A DNA stretch of 64,000 nt from Candidatus Bathyarchaeia archaeon (GCA_050010755.1 JBEKKK010000001.1:32001-96000); one strand, 5' to 3'. Shown: positions 9,283 through 19,429, counted from the stretch's first letter. Notes: a model not told the origin generated them from the sequence alone. Program-made: numbers and translations.

Positions 9283-9377
9283 GGGCTCGTAGTCTAGCTG
9301 GCTAGGACGTCGCCCTCACACAGCTTAGTTGCTGGAGGAAGCGGCGAAGATCCCCGGTTCAAATCCGGGCGGGCCCA
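9283..9377 (+). tRNA. tRNA-Val(CAC) with 21-nt intron, best placed at 36/37
   Basis: Acceptor GGGCTCG/CGGGCCC-A, T-arm CCCGG-TTCAAAT-CCGGG, anticodon CAC at 9317-9319. Intron 9320-9340 has central helix CCTC/GAGG and hairpin CAGC/GCTG. Confidence 0.92.
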
Positions 9378-9421
9378 CTATAAGCACGAAGTTTAATATG
9401 TCCTAATTAACCATAGCGCGG

Positions 9422-9667
9422 CTATCTCGGTTCGAAAGATATCAGAGTCACTGTCTCCGTTATCCCGGGGATTCTGCGTATTTTGTCGAAAATGAATTCG
9501 TCAAGGCTCTCTTTGGTTGCAAAGGCAACTTCAACGTGTAAATCGTAGATGCCAAGGGTGGAAACTGCACTTCTAACACCGGGCAACTTCTTGACTTTTT
9601 CCATTACTTCGTCCTTTCCGGCTTCGACTTTTGCCAATACGTATGCCGTGACCAACGCATACTCCAC
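9422..9667 (-). CDS. Stand-alone Lrp/AsnC ligand-binding (RAM) domain protein
   Basis: AYVLAKV, G-x-YD, IRRIPGITETVTLI; no HTH domain. Confidence 0.85.
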   Translation of the reverse strand: MEYALVTAYVLAKVEAGKDEVMEKVKKLPGVRSAVSTLGIYDLHVEVAFATKESLDEFIFDKIRRIPGITETVTLISFEPR

Positions 9668-9703
9668 TCGAAGATGCGCGAGCTACAAGATAGTCAAATG
9701 GTT

Positions 9704-10288
9704 TTATCCGAGATGTGTCGGTGTTGTAGTCATAGCAAAGTAAAGCCAAGCGCCGGCAAATATGAATGCAGCTATTGCCCACAGCCACCTAAACCACCTG
9801 TTCTCAAGGTGCATTGCTGGAACCGTAAGTAACAACACAATTGCAGGTGCCAGGTAGAGCAAAGTGGTTTCCGTCGGGTTCGACGTGAGCTTATATTTCC
9901 ATATTGAATAAGCATCGGAGATCAGGTATAGGCCCAAGACAGCAGCGAAGTAGGTGCATGCTTGCACCCCTCTCCCGCGAAACAGCGCCGCAGCGCCCGA
10001 CAGCAGCACTAGCCCTGCAAGCGCACCAACGCCTCCGAACAAAATGTTATAGGCCTGGAGGCCTGAAGGGAAAAGGCCAAGGGTGATAGTTATGCTAGTG
10101 AGGAAGATGTAAAAGCCGGTTGCTCCCAGCGCAACTCCCAGGCCCGACGCTATGTTCTTCTGTCCTTCGTCGATTGAGTCTGTAGACGGCTTGTAACGAA
10201 GTCTGAGCGCTGCAACTCCTAGTATTACTCCGCTCGCAGCGATGCCCCACATCATGCTATCCAAATAATCTAAAGCTGGTGCGGTCAA
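9704..10288 (-). CDS. Membrane protein, DUF981-like
   Basis: About 6 TM segments; YNILFG motif. Confidence 0.6.
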   Translation of the reverse strand: MTAPALDYLDSMMWGIAASGVILGVAALRLRYKPSTDSIDEGQKNIASGLGVALGATGFYIFLTSITITLGLFPSGLQAYNILFGGVGALAGLVLLSGAAALFRGRGVQACTYFAAVLGLYLISDAYSIWKYKLTSNPTETTLLYLAPAIVLLLTVPAMHLENRWFRWLWAIAAFIFAGAWLYFAMTTTPTHLG

Positions 10289-10352
10289 TATTCATTACTC
10301 CAACCATTTTTATCTTTTCTATAACACAATCGGTATAAAAGCTTTCTGTTTA

Positions 10353-10535
10353 GTGCTGACGCGTGGTCTGAGATTCATCGTTGCAACCTCTCTCCTGCTC
10401 GTAACCTTCTCGCCCGTGCTTTTCTTTTCCGGCGCCTTCGAACTAGCATACCTGCTCCTTGCAATTGTTCTAGGCGGACTGATATACACACTGAACGTAG
10501 GGCTCTTCCTCACACCAACAAAACGAACAGCGTGA
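10353..10535 (+). CDS. Small two-TM hypothetical protein
   Basis: 60-aa hydrophobic ORF with basic C-terminus, after an AT-rich divergent spacer. Confidence 0.45.
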   Translation: MLTRGLRFIVATSLLLVTFSPVLFFSGAFELAYLLLAIVLGGLIYTLNVGLFLTPTKRTA

Positions 10536-10664
10536 ACAGTCTTCAAATTCTCTAGCCCTCATCTTGCCCTGATATTTCTTGCATTGATAACCCACTCAGT
10601 TCCAATTTAATTCAACTTCCAAACGTACGAAAATGCCCCCCGAGACTGGGATAATCAAAGAGCC

Positions 10665-11609
10665 TTAGCGCAAGACAGACCAAAACGCTGAAAGAACATA
10701 TGCAATTACTAGTAGCACGCCGAAAAGTAAATGCACTCTTATCGTTGACACGTTTGCCGTAATAATGGATTGCGGTTTCTCGTAGTACTTCCTTGCCGTG
10801 GTGATTGCGTTTATCGCCAAAGGAAGAGTAATTAGAACGATTAGCGAGGCAAGCGGCATCAGTCTCAATACAACCATCACCGCCGTCCAAGCATAAGCTG
10901 CCATGACAATGACTCCATACAGGTCTGCTCCTTGCTTCCTCCCGACTCTCACGACGAGGGTTTTCTTACCAACCGCCTTGTCCGCAGTGTAATCTGGAAT
11001 CTCGTTGATCCACAATATTGCGGTGATAAGAAAGCCGACTGGTACAGAAGCGACTAAAGGGCCCAGAAGCAAGTTCTTGCTCTGAACGTAATAGCTACCC
11101 AAGACCATCAACGGACCGAAGTTCAGACCCACCACCAGCTCGCCGATTCCACGTGTTGCCAGCTGCGTAACGTAGAAATATCCAGATACGACGCCTATGG
11201 CGCCCAGCAGCAAGACGCCCCATCCGACAGAAACGAAGAGTACGATGCCAATGAGACCGGCCACGGCAAAAAGGCAAAGAGCTGCAAAATATGCCCTCCG
11301 CGGACTGACCAGATTCTCCAGCAAAACTCGACTCCCCCCACTTATCGGTGAAAGCCCCTCGGTGTTGATTGCGTCACAGCCGCTTCGAAAGTCAAAATAG
11401 TCATTGATGATGTTTGTCCCCAAATGCAGGCACATCGCCGCCACTAGCGCCAAGGCAAAATATGCAGGATTAAAAGCTTTGATGGCCGTCCATGCGATGA
11501 CAGCCCCCAAGGTAACGGGAATTATTGTTCCCGTCAAAAAAGGGATCCTAGCCAGTCTCGCCCAAATCATGAACGAACGACGAAACCCTTGACCTTTAGG
11601 AGTGTCCAA
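10665..11609 (-). CDS. menA: MenA-like 1,4-dihydroxy-2-naphthoate polyprenyltransferase (UbiA superfamily)
   Basis: NDYFDFRSGCD, GGSRVL, GELVVG, NEIPDYTADKAVGKKTLVVR; multi-TM. Confidence 0.85.
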   Translation of the reverse strand: MDTPKGQGFRRSFMIWARLARIPFLTGTIIPVTLGAVIAWTAIKAFNPAYFALALVAAMCLHLGTNIINDYFDFRSGCDAINTEGLSPISGGSRVLLENLVSPRRAYFAALCLFAVAGLIGIVLFVSVGWGVLLLGAIGVVSGYFYVTQLATRGIGELVVGLNFGPLMVLGSYYVQSKNLLLGPLVASVPVGFLITAILWINEIPDYTADKAVGKKTLVVRVGRKQGADLYGVIVMAAYAWTAVMVVLRLMPLASLIVLITLPLAINAITTARKYYEKPQSIITANVSTIRVHLLFGVLLVIAYVLSAFWSVLR

Positions 11610-11614
11610 TCTGG

Positions 11615-12649
11615 CTAGCCCTCGAATTCGTCGACATAGCCAGAAAACCGCATTAGATAATTCTTGAACTTGGAATCCCTGACGTCTTTCAAACTCGAAT
11701 GAGATTTCTCTATATATTCTGCTATTTTTCCCTTACAATAACTAAAAGCCCCGGACTCTTCCATCCTGTCTTTCATTCTTTCCATATCAGCCAAGGTGAC
11801 TTTTCTATTTCCAAAGTTCCTCTTCATCAAATCCCTCGCCGCCTCGTTTCCGTGTTCATACACGTGAAGGAATGGGAGAGTGACGTTGCCGTTTCTGAGG
11901 TCGCGTGAAATCTGATTCTTGCCCAACAAATCGTCAAGATCATCATTGAGCTGATATGCCATTCCGAAATACTCACCAAACTTGGCCAAGGCTTCAACTT
12001 CCGAAGGCGTGCCTCCAGCCGCCAAGGCCCCGCAACGGGTCGCACATCTGAAGAGAGAAGCGGATTTCTTCTCTATCTTTGTGAAATACTGCTGCTCAGT
12101 TGCATCATCCAGAGAAAGAACAGCATCGATGTATTCGCCGTCTGAGAGTTCTAGCCCGCCGTCGGATAGGATTTTCATTATTTTCGGTCCATAGTCCGTG
12201 GCAAGATTTACGGACAAGGCGATTAGAGCATCTCCTGCTAAGATTGCCCCTTTTGTGAACCATTTTGAATACAGAGTCTTCATTCCGCGGCGGCAGGTGT
12301 CCTGATCTATTATGTCGTCGTGGACCAGTGTGGCAGTATGTAAGAGTTCGAATGACAAAGCGAGATTGGTCACTTTCTTCGGGTCTCCGCCGACGCTCTG
12401 AGCACTCAGCACTGTTAGTATTGGTCTCAGTCTTTTTCCATTGGATAACAATGCAAATTCCAGCAAGGGACGAAGGCTGACATCAGAAATCTTCGAGAGC
12501 AGCTTTTCAAGCTCAGACTCGATTGAACGTTTCATGCCAAATACGTATGAATGAAAATCCTCACTAGTGCAGCTGACCAATTGGCTCCTGGTTCTCATGA
12601 GCAAATCATTTCCTCGGCTGTTGTAATCAGCAAAAGTTGGGTGCAGCAA
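11615..12649 (-). CDS. trans-polyprenyl diphosphate synthase, probably longer than C20
   Basis: GKRLRP, FARM DDIID..RRG, KS/A motif, YQLNDDLDD; Ala at position -5 to FARM. The true start may be downstream of 12649. Confidence 0.88.
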   Translation of the reverse strand: MLHPTFADYNSRGNDLLMRTRSQLVSCTSEDFHSYVFGMKRSIESELEKLLSKISDVSLRPLLEFALLSNGKRLRPILTVLSAQSVGGDPKKVTNLALSFELLHTATLVHDDIIDQDTCRRGMKTLYSKWFTKGAILAGDALIALSVNLATDYGPKIMKILSDGGLELSDGEYIDAVLSLDDATEQQYFTKIEKKSASLFRCATRCGALAAGGTPSEVEALAKFGEYFGMAYQLNDDLDDLLGKNQISRDLRNGNVTLPFLHVYEHGNEAARDLMKRNFGNRKVTLADMERMKDRMEESGAFSYCKGKIAEYIEKSHSSLKDVRDSKFKNYLMRFSGYVDEFEG

Positions 12650-12745
12650 GATATAATGCTTTTTGTTATGACGATTAGGTTGATAATAATAATGAAATGC
12701 ACAAATAATCTATAAATAACAGGCCAGATAGAGGTGTTGACGTGA

Positions 12746-13465
12746 GTGAAAACATTGAATGAATCCGTCCTCCACCGAACCCTAGGCAGCCCATCCAGAG
12801 TGCAAATACTGCGGCTACTCTATCGAGGACCACTGAGCGTGGAAGAAATGGCAACGAAATTGGATCTGCAGCCTATAACTATAAGGCATCATTTGCAGTC
12901 CTTGATGGAAGCAGGGATAGTTGAATGCCACGAAGAGAGGTCAGGAACAGCAGGGCGGCCGAAAGCATACTACACCGTTGCCAAAACAGCTCCATCTACT
13001 AGTTTTCCCAAAAGACAATATCAGATTCTATCAGAATCTCTAATCAACAGCATGATAAAAGAATTTGGAATAAACAAGACGAAGGCGCTGCTCAAGAAAA
13101 TCGGCACAAACATGGGAGAATTCGCCGTAAAAACGCTTGAGTCCGAGCACAACATAAAATCTTGGTCCCCGAAGGATTACGAGACGTACATGATTCGTGG
13201 ATATTTTGAACAAGAGGGAGCGGAGCCTGAAATGCTTGAAGCGACTGGCAATAAAATTGTATACAGGCTTCACAACTGCCTTTTCCAAGAGCTGTCGGTG
13301 AAGATGCCCGAGATAATGTGTGATGTTCTTCATGAAAGCTTTCACGAGGGCGTTATCAAAGCAATTGGCAAGGACTTGAAAATAGACCGCGCTACTTGCA
13401 TGGGACACGGCGACCCTTATTGTGAACACGTTTGCGTGTGGCCACGCGCACCAAGAAAACCGTAG
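12746..13465 (+). CDS. ArsR-type HTH plus V4R-like sensor transcriptional regulator
   Basis: HTH with GRP..Y wing; HNCLF, C-x3-H, and TCMGHGDPYCE V4R motif. Confidence 0.85.
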   Translation: MKTLNESVLHRTLGSPSRVQILRLLYRGPLSVEEMATKLDLQPITIRHHLQSLMEAGIVECHEERSGTAGRPKAYYTVAKTAPSTSFPKRQYQILSESLINSMIKEFGINKTKALLKKIGTNMGEFAVKTLESEHNIKSWSPKDYETYMIRGYFEQEGAEPEMLEATGNKIVYRLHNCLFQELSVKMPEIMCDVLHESFHEGVIKAIGKDLKIDRATCMGHGDPYCEHVCVWPRAPRKP

Positions 13466-13771
13466 ATTGCAATAGCACTCAAATGGGAAAATCTGGAGAC
13501 AGCACGCGCGCTCGTTAGCTTAGGACGGAAAATGAACTACTTTCCCACGGTTTCAAGCATAATCTCGACGGTTTTCGCTCTTCCACTTTCATGGTGTATC
13601 GCAAAAGAACAAAGAGGCATCAGCCAATATCGGCAAGTTCCTTGTTCATGTTCTTCATTACAACTCTGACGCGCTGATGCCCTTGACTTGGGAGCAGAGG
13701 TTGAAGGCAGGGAATTTAGGTGAAAGTGAAGTAGCGCGCGGGCGCACTTGCTTGGAAGGTTCTGAATTCCG

Positions 13772-14296
13772 TCAGAATTCTGATAGGCGCTTCCAGTTGC
13801 TCCACTTTCGTATTATGAGCGCATCCACACTGTGGTTACCATATTTCGCGCTTCTCTCGGCTATTATCATCGCGGCGAAAACGAAAGCGTAAACTGCTGC
13901 AGTTCCAATATCCGTCGAGCCAGGTCCATAAGGCCCGCCAAATCCTTCAGGAACAGCCCATATCATCAGACTGTACAGTGCACCGACAATATACACTGTC
14001 TTTCTCAAGAAACCCACGATTAATACAAGCCCGAGCAGAATCTCGATCACCCCTATTGAATAGTAGACAGCGGTGGGTTGGGAAGTTACCGAGCTCAGCC
14101 AGAAACTGTACCAAGGATGAAGCCATGAAGGTGCGCCCTGCCCAGCTGTCTGAACCATGTTCACTATATCTGATGGTTGCAGGTAGGTGAATTTTATCAA
14201 CCCATCTATCAACCACACTATTCCGAAAGCAATTCTAAATGCAGTAAACGCATTCAATGATTCTGTTAGCGCACGCACGCGCTTGCGTATTTTCAT
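13772..14296 (-). CDS. DoxX/DoxD-like membrane protein
   Basis: RIAFGIVWLIDGLIKF, EILLGLVLIVG, EGFGGPY..GSTDIG; 4 TM. Confidence 0.7.
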   Translation of the reverse strand: MKIRKRVRALTESLNAFTAFRIAFGIVWLIDGLIKFTYLQPSDIVNMVQTAGQGAPSWLHPWYSFWLSSVTSQPTAVYYSIGVIEILLGLVLIVGFLRKTVYIVGALYSLMIWAVPEGFGGPYGPGSTDIGTAAVYAFVFAAMIIAERSAKYGNHSVDALIIRKWSNWKRLSEF

Positions 14297-14331
14297 GTTT
14301 AAATTCCACCAATGTTTACAAATTTTATATA

Positions 14332-14347
14332 ATGATTATAATAATTA
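14332..14347. promoter_or_regulatory. Candidate operator shared with the hdrA2 promoter
   Basis: ATGATTATAATAATTA is identical to 23480-23495 and abuts a minus-strand TTTTAAG. Confidence 0.55.
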
Positions 14348-14545
14348 CTTAAAACTTTGCACAATATGCTCGCGCAAATGACTCTTGAATGCGATACAGA
14401 AAACGCTTCATATCTTGACATCTGACTTAATCTCCAAACCTAGAGACCTTACTATCAAGGCGCCGAACTGGAAGACCAGAACCAGAGCACTTCTTGGACG
14501 GATGATAAGCTGCTGACAAAAATCCTACAGCAAACAAGTCGCCAA

Positions 14546-15448
14546 TCATGCTTTGGCTACAGCCGGAATTGGAGTTTTTATCTTGTCAAGAATCTTTTTC
14601 AGAGACACCACGTTCCTGCCCAGACCAAGCTCTTTTGGGTCCAACCCGAACGCGATCCCCATGAGTTGCGTGAAGTAGAGGATAGGCATGTCAATCTTCA
14701 AGTCATATCGACCTTCTACATCTTCTTGTTTAGCGTCAAGATTAAAGTGACACATAGGACAAGGAGTAACTATGCAGTCAGCCCCGATGGCCTTCGCGCT
14801 CAACAGCACGTCCTTGGTCATCTCAAGCATGACACTCTCATCTGTCAGAGCTAATGAAGCCCCACAACATCGGGTCTTGTCAGGGTAATCTAGGCTTTGA
14901 GCCCCCACGGCTTCGATAATTCTATCCATGGATTTCGGGTGTTCAGGGTCATCGAAACTTCTTACCTGCGGAGGCCTCACGAGCAAACAGCCATAGTAGG
15001 GTGCAACCTTCAAACCCTTCAGCGGCACTTTAACGTTCTCGGCAATCTTTGACGGCCCAACGTCATTTATCAGCACGTCGAGATAGTGTCTGACTTTGAC
15101 TTCGCCAGTGAACTTCAATCCTGCATCGTTGATTATTTTGTCAACTGCCCCTTTGAGGTTAGGATCTTCGTGAAGCATTTTGCTCGCTCTTGACAGGGTA
15201 AAGAAGCAGGCGCTGCAGAGGGTCACTATCTCCATGTTCATGGCTTCCGCGATCGAAAAGTTTCGGGCAGACAGAGACAGGGACAATTCTGGATTGTAAG
15301 CGTGGACAGCGTCAATGGATCCGCAACAGTTCCAATCGGGTATTTCCACGAGCTCTATCCCGAGGACCTTGTTCACGGCCATGCATGACATTCCATATTC
15401 GTGTGCAGACGCTTCTACCGAGCATCCTGGAAAGTATGCGTATTTCAT
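14546..15448 (-). CDS. hdrB: Heterodisulfide reductase subunit B
   Basis: Two CCG domains: YFPGC..WNCCG..CSAC and YYGC..RCCG..CPMC. Confidence 0.93.
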   Translation of the reverse strand: MKYAYFPGCSVEASAHEYGMSCMAVNKVLGIELVEIPDWNCCGSIDAVHAYNPELSLSLSARNFSIAEAMNMEIVTLCSACFFTLSRASKMLHEDPNLKGAVDKIINDAGLKFTGEVKVRHYLDVLINDVGPSKIAENVKVPLKGLKVAPYYGCLLVRPPQVRSFDDPEHPKSMDRIIEAVGAQSLDYPDKTRCCGASLALTDESVMLEMTKDVLLSAKAIGADCIVTPCPMCHFNLDAKQEDVEGRYDLKIDMPILYFTQLMGIAFGLDPKELGLGRNVVSLKKILDKIKTPIPAVAKA

Positions 15449-16050
15449 TTCTGTACCTCCTCTTTTTTCTGAGCACTTTTGAAAATGGCTTCTATGTCCT
15501 TTGAATGCTTTACTCTGGATGGGGTAACTTTCACTTTTCCTTTTCGAAACATCTCCACCCCGAAGAGCATGTTGTTCAAGACCTCTTTGGGACTGGTTTT
15601 CTTCATGAGCTTGACCTGTAGCTGTGGCTCGTGCATTCTGCCATACTTACCCACGATTTCAGTGAAGGCCTTGTGAAACTTCGGTTTAGTCGGAATCTTG
15701 GCCGGAACCTTGTTCTCCATTGCCATGTTCTTCAACGATGACATTATGAGTGGAATGTCGATTCCTCTCGGACATCGTGAGGTGCAAGTGTAGCACGAAG
15801 CACAAATCCATATGGTTGAGCTTGAAAGAACATCATCTTTCAAACCCAATTGCACCATCTTTATGATCTGCATCGGACTGTAATCCATAGCGAACCTAGC
15901 GTGGCAAGAGCCTGCGCAGATTCCACATTGAATACAATCGAGTATCCTTTTTCCAGCTGCAGTTTTCTTCATCTCCACCAGAAATGTGGAGTCCGCTTTC
16001 TGATTCATTATTGTGTTTTTCTGCACTTGTTCCACGCTAACTACCTCCAA
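15445..16050 (-). CDS. hdrC: Heterodisulfide reductase subunit C
   Basis: CIQCGICAGSC and IWICASCYTCTSRCP [4Fe-4S] motifs. Confidence 0.92.
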   Translation of the reverse strand: MEVVSVEQVQKNTIMNQKADSTFLVEMKKTAAGKRILDCIQCGICAGSCHARFAMDYSPMQIIKMVQLGLKDDVLSSSTIWICASCYTCTSRCPRGIDIPLIMSSLKNMAMENKVPAKIPTKPKFHKAFTEIVGKYGRMHEPQLQVKLMKKTSPKEVLNNMLFGVEMFRKGKVKVTPSRVKHSKDIEAIFKSAQKKEEVQK

Positions 16051-18442
16051 GATGTTCGGCGATTTTCTTCCTTTTCTCTTCTGGCAAGCGTCCCAGAGTG
16101 GACAGTCTTTGACTCAAAGTTTCGAAAAGGTTGACCACCTTGTCATACTGAGGCAAAGTTGTCGTGGTTGAAGCCAGTCTTAGCGATTCAACTCCGTACT
16201 TGCCCATTTCCTTCTTCAACTGGATTACATGATCCCTGATAAGATCTTCTCTGAATGGACTGTCGTCGCCTTCTATGAAAACAATTCCGTCGGCACCTGC
16301 TGCAAAGGCTTGTAACACGTGTTTGGCTCCCACTCGTCCTGCACTCGGCACGCTGATGATTCTAACATCTGGTGTATAGTTCACTCTCGTCTGCCCAGCT
16401 AGATCGGCTGAGCCATACGCAGTTGTCTTCTCAAGAAAAGCGAGAATTCTCGGCTCATCTCCCTCTCCTTGGCAGGTCAGTTGAATCTGAGCTGTCAATT
16501 GCTCGTTCGTCAAGTTTTTGAGATCAATCGCTTCAGTGGGACACTTGGGCACACATATGCCGCAACCAATGCAAAGAATCGAGTCAATTACGACGCCTTT
16601 GCGTTTGGCACTTATTGCCTTCGTCGGACAGACGGGTATGCACAAACCGCACGCGTTACATTTCTCAGGATTTATGTACGCCTTTTCCGGTGAAACAGCG
16701 ATTTCACCTTTGCCCAGGAATGTAGCCACTTTAGATGCGCATGCCATGGACTCAATCGTGGTCTCTCTAATGTCTTTGGGTCCAACAGCGCATCCCGCCA
16801 AGTAAATGCCTTCCATCTTTGTGTCCACCGGTCTCAATTTGTGATGCCTTTCCAAAAGGAAACCGTCTGGTCCAACGTCTATTCCCAGCTTTTTGGCCAG
16901 TTCATGGGAACCATAATTGGGAAGCAGAGCGGGGCTAAGAACCACCATATCGAACGTTTCCTCAATCTGTCTACCTAGAACGGTGTCTTCAGCTCTTAAA
17001 GTTAGACTGTCTCCGTTTGGAAAGACCTCGGCTGCCCTGCCTCGAATAAACTTGACCCCAAGTTCTCTTGCGTGAGAGTAGAACTCTTCATACCCTTTTC
17101 CATGCGCCCTCAGGTCTGTGTAGAATATCCAAGGTTCGGCTTCTGGGTTTGACTTAAGAAGCAACAGAGAATGCTTAATGGCGTTCATGCAGCCTATTTT
17201 GCAGCAGTAGTTTATTCCTTTGTCCATTCGGCTGCCGACACAGAGTATGAAGGCGACTTTCTTTGGCATCTTTCCGTTTGAGGGTAGATGTAGACCCTGT
17301 AGCATGAGACGCTCAAACTGCAGATTGGTTACAATGTCAGGGTGTAGACCGAAACTGTATGGGCTGAAAACGTCGTGTCCTTCAAAGACGTCTTTTGACA
17401 GCGTTGGATCAAGTTGCTGATAGCCCGTGCAAGCGATGATGGCGCCGACGTTTAATTCAACTATTTTCTCTTTTTGATCAAACGCTATGGCCCTGCCCTT
17501 GCAAAATCGCTCACAAACCCTGCAAACACCTTTGTTGAAAAAGAGACACGCATCTTTGTCTATCAAGTAACTGCTAGGAACTGCCTGCTTGAAAGGTAAG
17601 TAAATTGCCTTTTCCTGTTGCAGTCCTTCTTCAAACTTGCTCGCCTTCTTGACTGGGCAGACTCTCGCACACTCGCCGCACGATATACATTTTTCCGAGT
17701 CAACGAATCGCGGCCTGACACGTACTTGAACTTTGTAGTTACCGGGAGAACCTTCAATCGAAAAGGGTTCCGCCATCGTGATAACTTCGATGTTCGGATG
17801 CTGAGAAGCGTAGACCATTTTCGGGGTTAGAATACATTGGGAACAGTCCAGCGTTGGAAAGGTCTTACTCAGTTGGGACATGTGGCCACCGATACTGGGA
17901 TTTCTTTCCACCAAGTGAACCTTGTATCCCTTGTCAGCCAATTCAATAGAAGTCAATACGCCAGCGATGCCGCCGCCAATTACAAGAACGTCCTCCGTGA
18001 GGGGGAGGCTCTTTGTTTCCAAGGGCTCGAGGAAACGAGCACGTCCCACTAACCCACTGATAAGAGCAATTGCTTTATTGGTTGCCGCCGCGTGGTCTTT
18101 ATCATGAACCCAGCTGCATTGTTCGCGAATGTTGGCCATATCCAGCAAGTAAGGATTGAGCCCGGCTGATCTGGCTGCTTCCCTGAAAGTCTCTAGATGC
18201 ATTCGAGGTGAGCATGAAGCTACGATAACTCGATTTAGTCCAAGCTCTTTGATATCTTTCTTTATCATGTCCTGTCCAGGTTTACTGCACATATAATCAT
18301 AATTCTCGACAATCTTCACCCCATCCAGTTGGGAAATAGCTTCTTTGACCTTCGTCACTTGCACGGTGTCGCTTATGTTACCGCCGCAGTGGCAAATGAA
18401 AACTCCAATCGAAGCATTTTGTTGCACAAATACACCGACCAT
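16037..18442 (-). CDS. hdrA: HdrA fused to a degenerate (Cys-less) MvhD-like domain
   Basis: CHCG, CSP, REQCSW, GGGIAG, KTFPTLDC, ferredoxin inserts, CVGSR..YCCKIGC. The C-terminal ADLAG..GRV domain lacks Cys. Confidence 0.92.
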   Translation of the reverse strand: MVGVFVQQNASIGVFICHCGGNISDTVQVTKVKEAISQLDGVKIVENYDYMCSKPGQDMIKKDIKELGLNRVIVASCSPRMHLETFREAARSAGLNPYLLDMANIREQCSWVHDKDHAAATNKAIALISGLVGRARFLEPLETKSLPLTEDVLVIGGGIAGVLTSIELADKGYKVHLVERNPSIGGHMSQLSKTFPTLDCSQCILTPKMVYASQHPNIEVITMAEPFSIEGSPGNYKVQVRVRPRFVDSEKCISCGECARVCPVKKASKFEEGLQQEKAIYLPFKQAVPSSYLIDKDACLFFNKGVCRVCERFCKGRAIAFDQKEKIVELNVGAIIACTGYQQLDPTLSKDVFEGHDVFSPYSFGLHPDIVTNLQFERLMLQGLHLPSNGKMPKKVAFILCVGSRMDKGINYCCKIGCMNAIKHSLLLLKSNPEAEPWIFYTDLRAHGKGYEEFYSHARELGVKFIRGRAAEVFPNGDSLTLRAEDTVLGRQIEETFDMVVLSPALLPNYGSHELAKKLGIDVGPDGFLLERHHKLRPVDTKMEGIYLAGCAVGPKDIRETTIESMACASKVATFLGKGEIAVSPEKAYINPEKCNACGLCIPVCPTKAISAKRKGVVIDSILCIGCGICVPKCPTEAIDLKNLTNEQLTAQIQLTCQGEGDEPRILAFLEKTTAYGSADLAGQTRVNYTPDVRIISVPSAGRVGAKHVLQAFAAGADGIVFIEGDDSPFREDLIRDHVIQLKKEMGKYGVESLRLASTTTTLPQYDKVVNLFETLSQRLSTLGRLPEEKRKKIAEHLGGS

Positions 18443-18600
18443 GTTAATTAGGAGATATTCTCCAGCAACACTACCAACAGAAGAATGGAGATTTATAAAG
18501 ATTTCATTTCTATATTATATTTCATAACATTCATCTAAAGTATTTGGCGCTTATGTGCAGTCCTGTTATTCTGTGCTTTTCCGTTCATTTTTCTCGAGAT

Positions 18601-19395
18601 TTATCTTGTTCCGACCACTATTACGACATATCCATCTGTATGGAAGAACGTGTCTACGCCTGTCAGAACACATCTGACATCCCTGAACTTTGCTTGATTG
18701 AACAGTTCTACAACTTCCTTCGCTGACGGTGTGTAAAGCATTCTGTCTAAAAATATTCTCTTAAACCATTCAGACTCTGGACCCCCAACAACCACTCTTC
18801 CTCTAGGCTTGACAACTCTCGCCATCTCTTGCAGAGCCCTCTCTGGATTGGGGAAATATTCCAGCGCTCCGAACGAGATTATTGCACCAAATGTTTCATT
18901 CCTGAAGGGCAGGTTTTCTGCATCACCTCTAGAGAGGTTAACCACCACCTTTTTGGGGTTAAGCTTTCTCGCCGCTTTCCTCAGCTGTTGGGAGGTCATG
19001 TCAATTCCATCCACTTCGCCGATTTCCAGCCTCTTCAACACAGCCTCAGTTGTGTAGCCCGTGCCGCAGCCAACATCAAGCACGCGTGAACCTTGATGGA
19101 TGTGCGCCAGTTCTGCGACATCATTTCGCATCGTGTCTGTATAGAAGAAGACGTTCAATCTGTCATACACCTTGGACAAAACTCTGTAGAAGATCATAGC
19201 TCGTCTCTTGTCAACCAGAAACGCGCCCAATTGTTTTCCGACGCGCCTCTTGCTTTGAAATCTCTCTTCCGCCAAAATGAGTATGCAAGCCCCCAGACCT
19301 ACCGTGGCGCTTAACAAGGTTGCCCAACCAAACAGCAAAGAGTTCCGAGTTCTTCTCAGCATATTCGACAGTCCCCAGCAGCTTATGCTAAACAT
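18601..19395 (-). CDS. Class I SAM methyltransferase, UbiE/MenG-like
   Basis: YDRLN, VLDVGCGTG, GDAENLPF, EMARVVKPRG; hydrophobic N-terminal segment. Confidence 0.75.
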   Translation of the reverse strand: MFSISCWGLSNMLRRTRNSLLFGWATLLSATVGLGACILILAEERFQSKRRVGKQLGAFLVDKRRAMIFYRVLSKVYDRLNVFFYTDTMRNDVAELAHIHQGSRVLDVGCGTGYTTEAVLKRLEIGEVDGIDMTSQQLRKAARKLNPKKVVVNLSRGDAENLPFRNETFGAIISFGALEYFPNPERALQEMARVVKPRGRVVVGGPESEWFKRIFLDRMLYTPSAKEVVELFNQAKFRDVRCVLTGVDTFFHTDGYVVIVVGTR

Positions 19396-19429
19396 CTTGT
19401 GGGGAACTCATAAAAAAGGCTCGCAAGCG

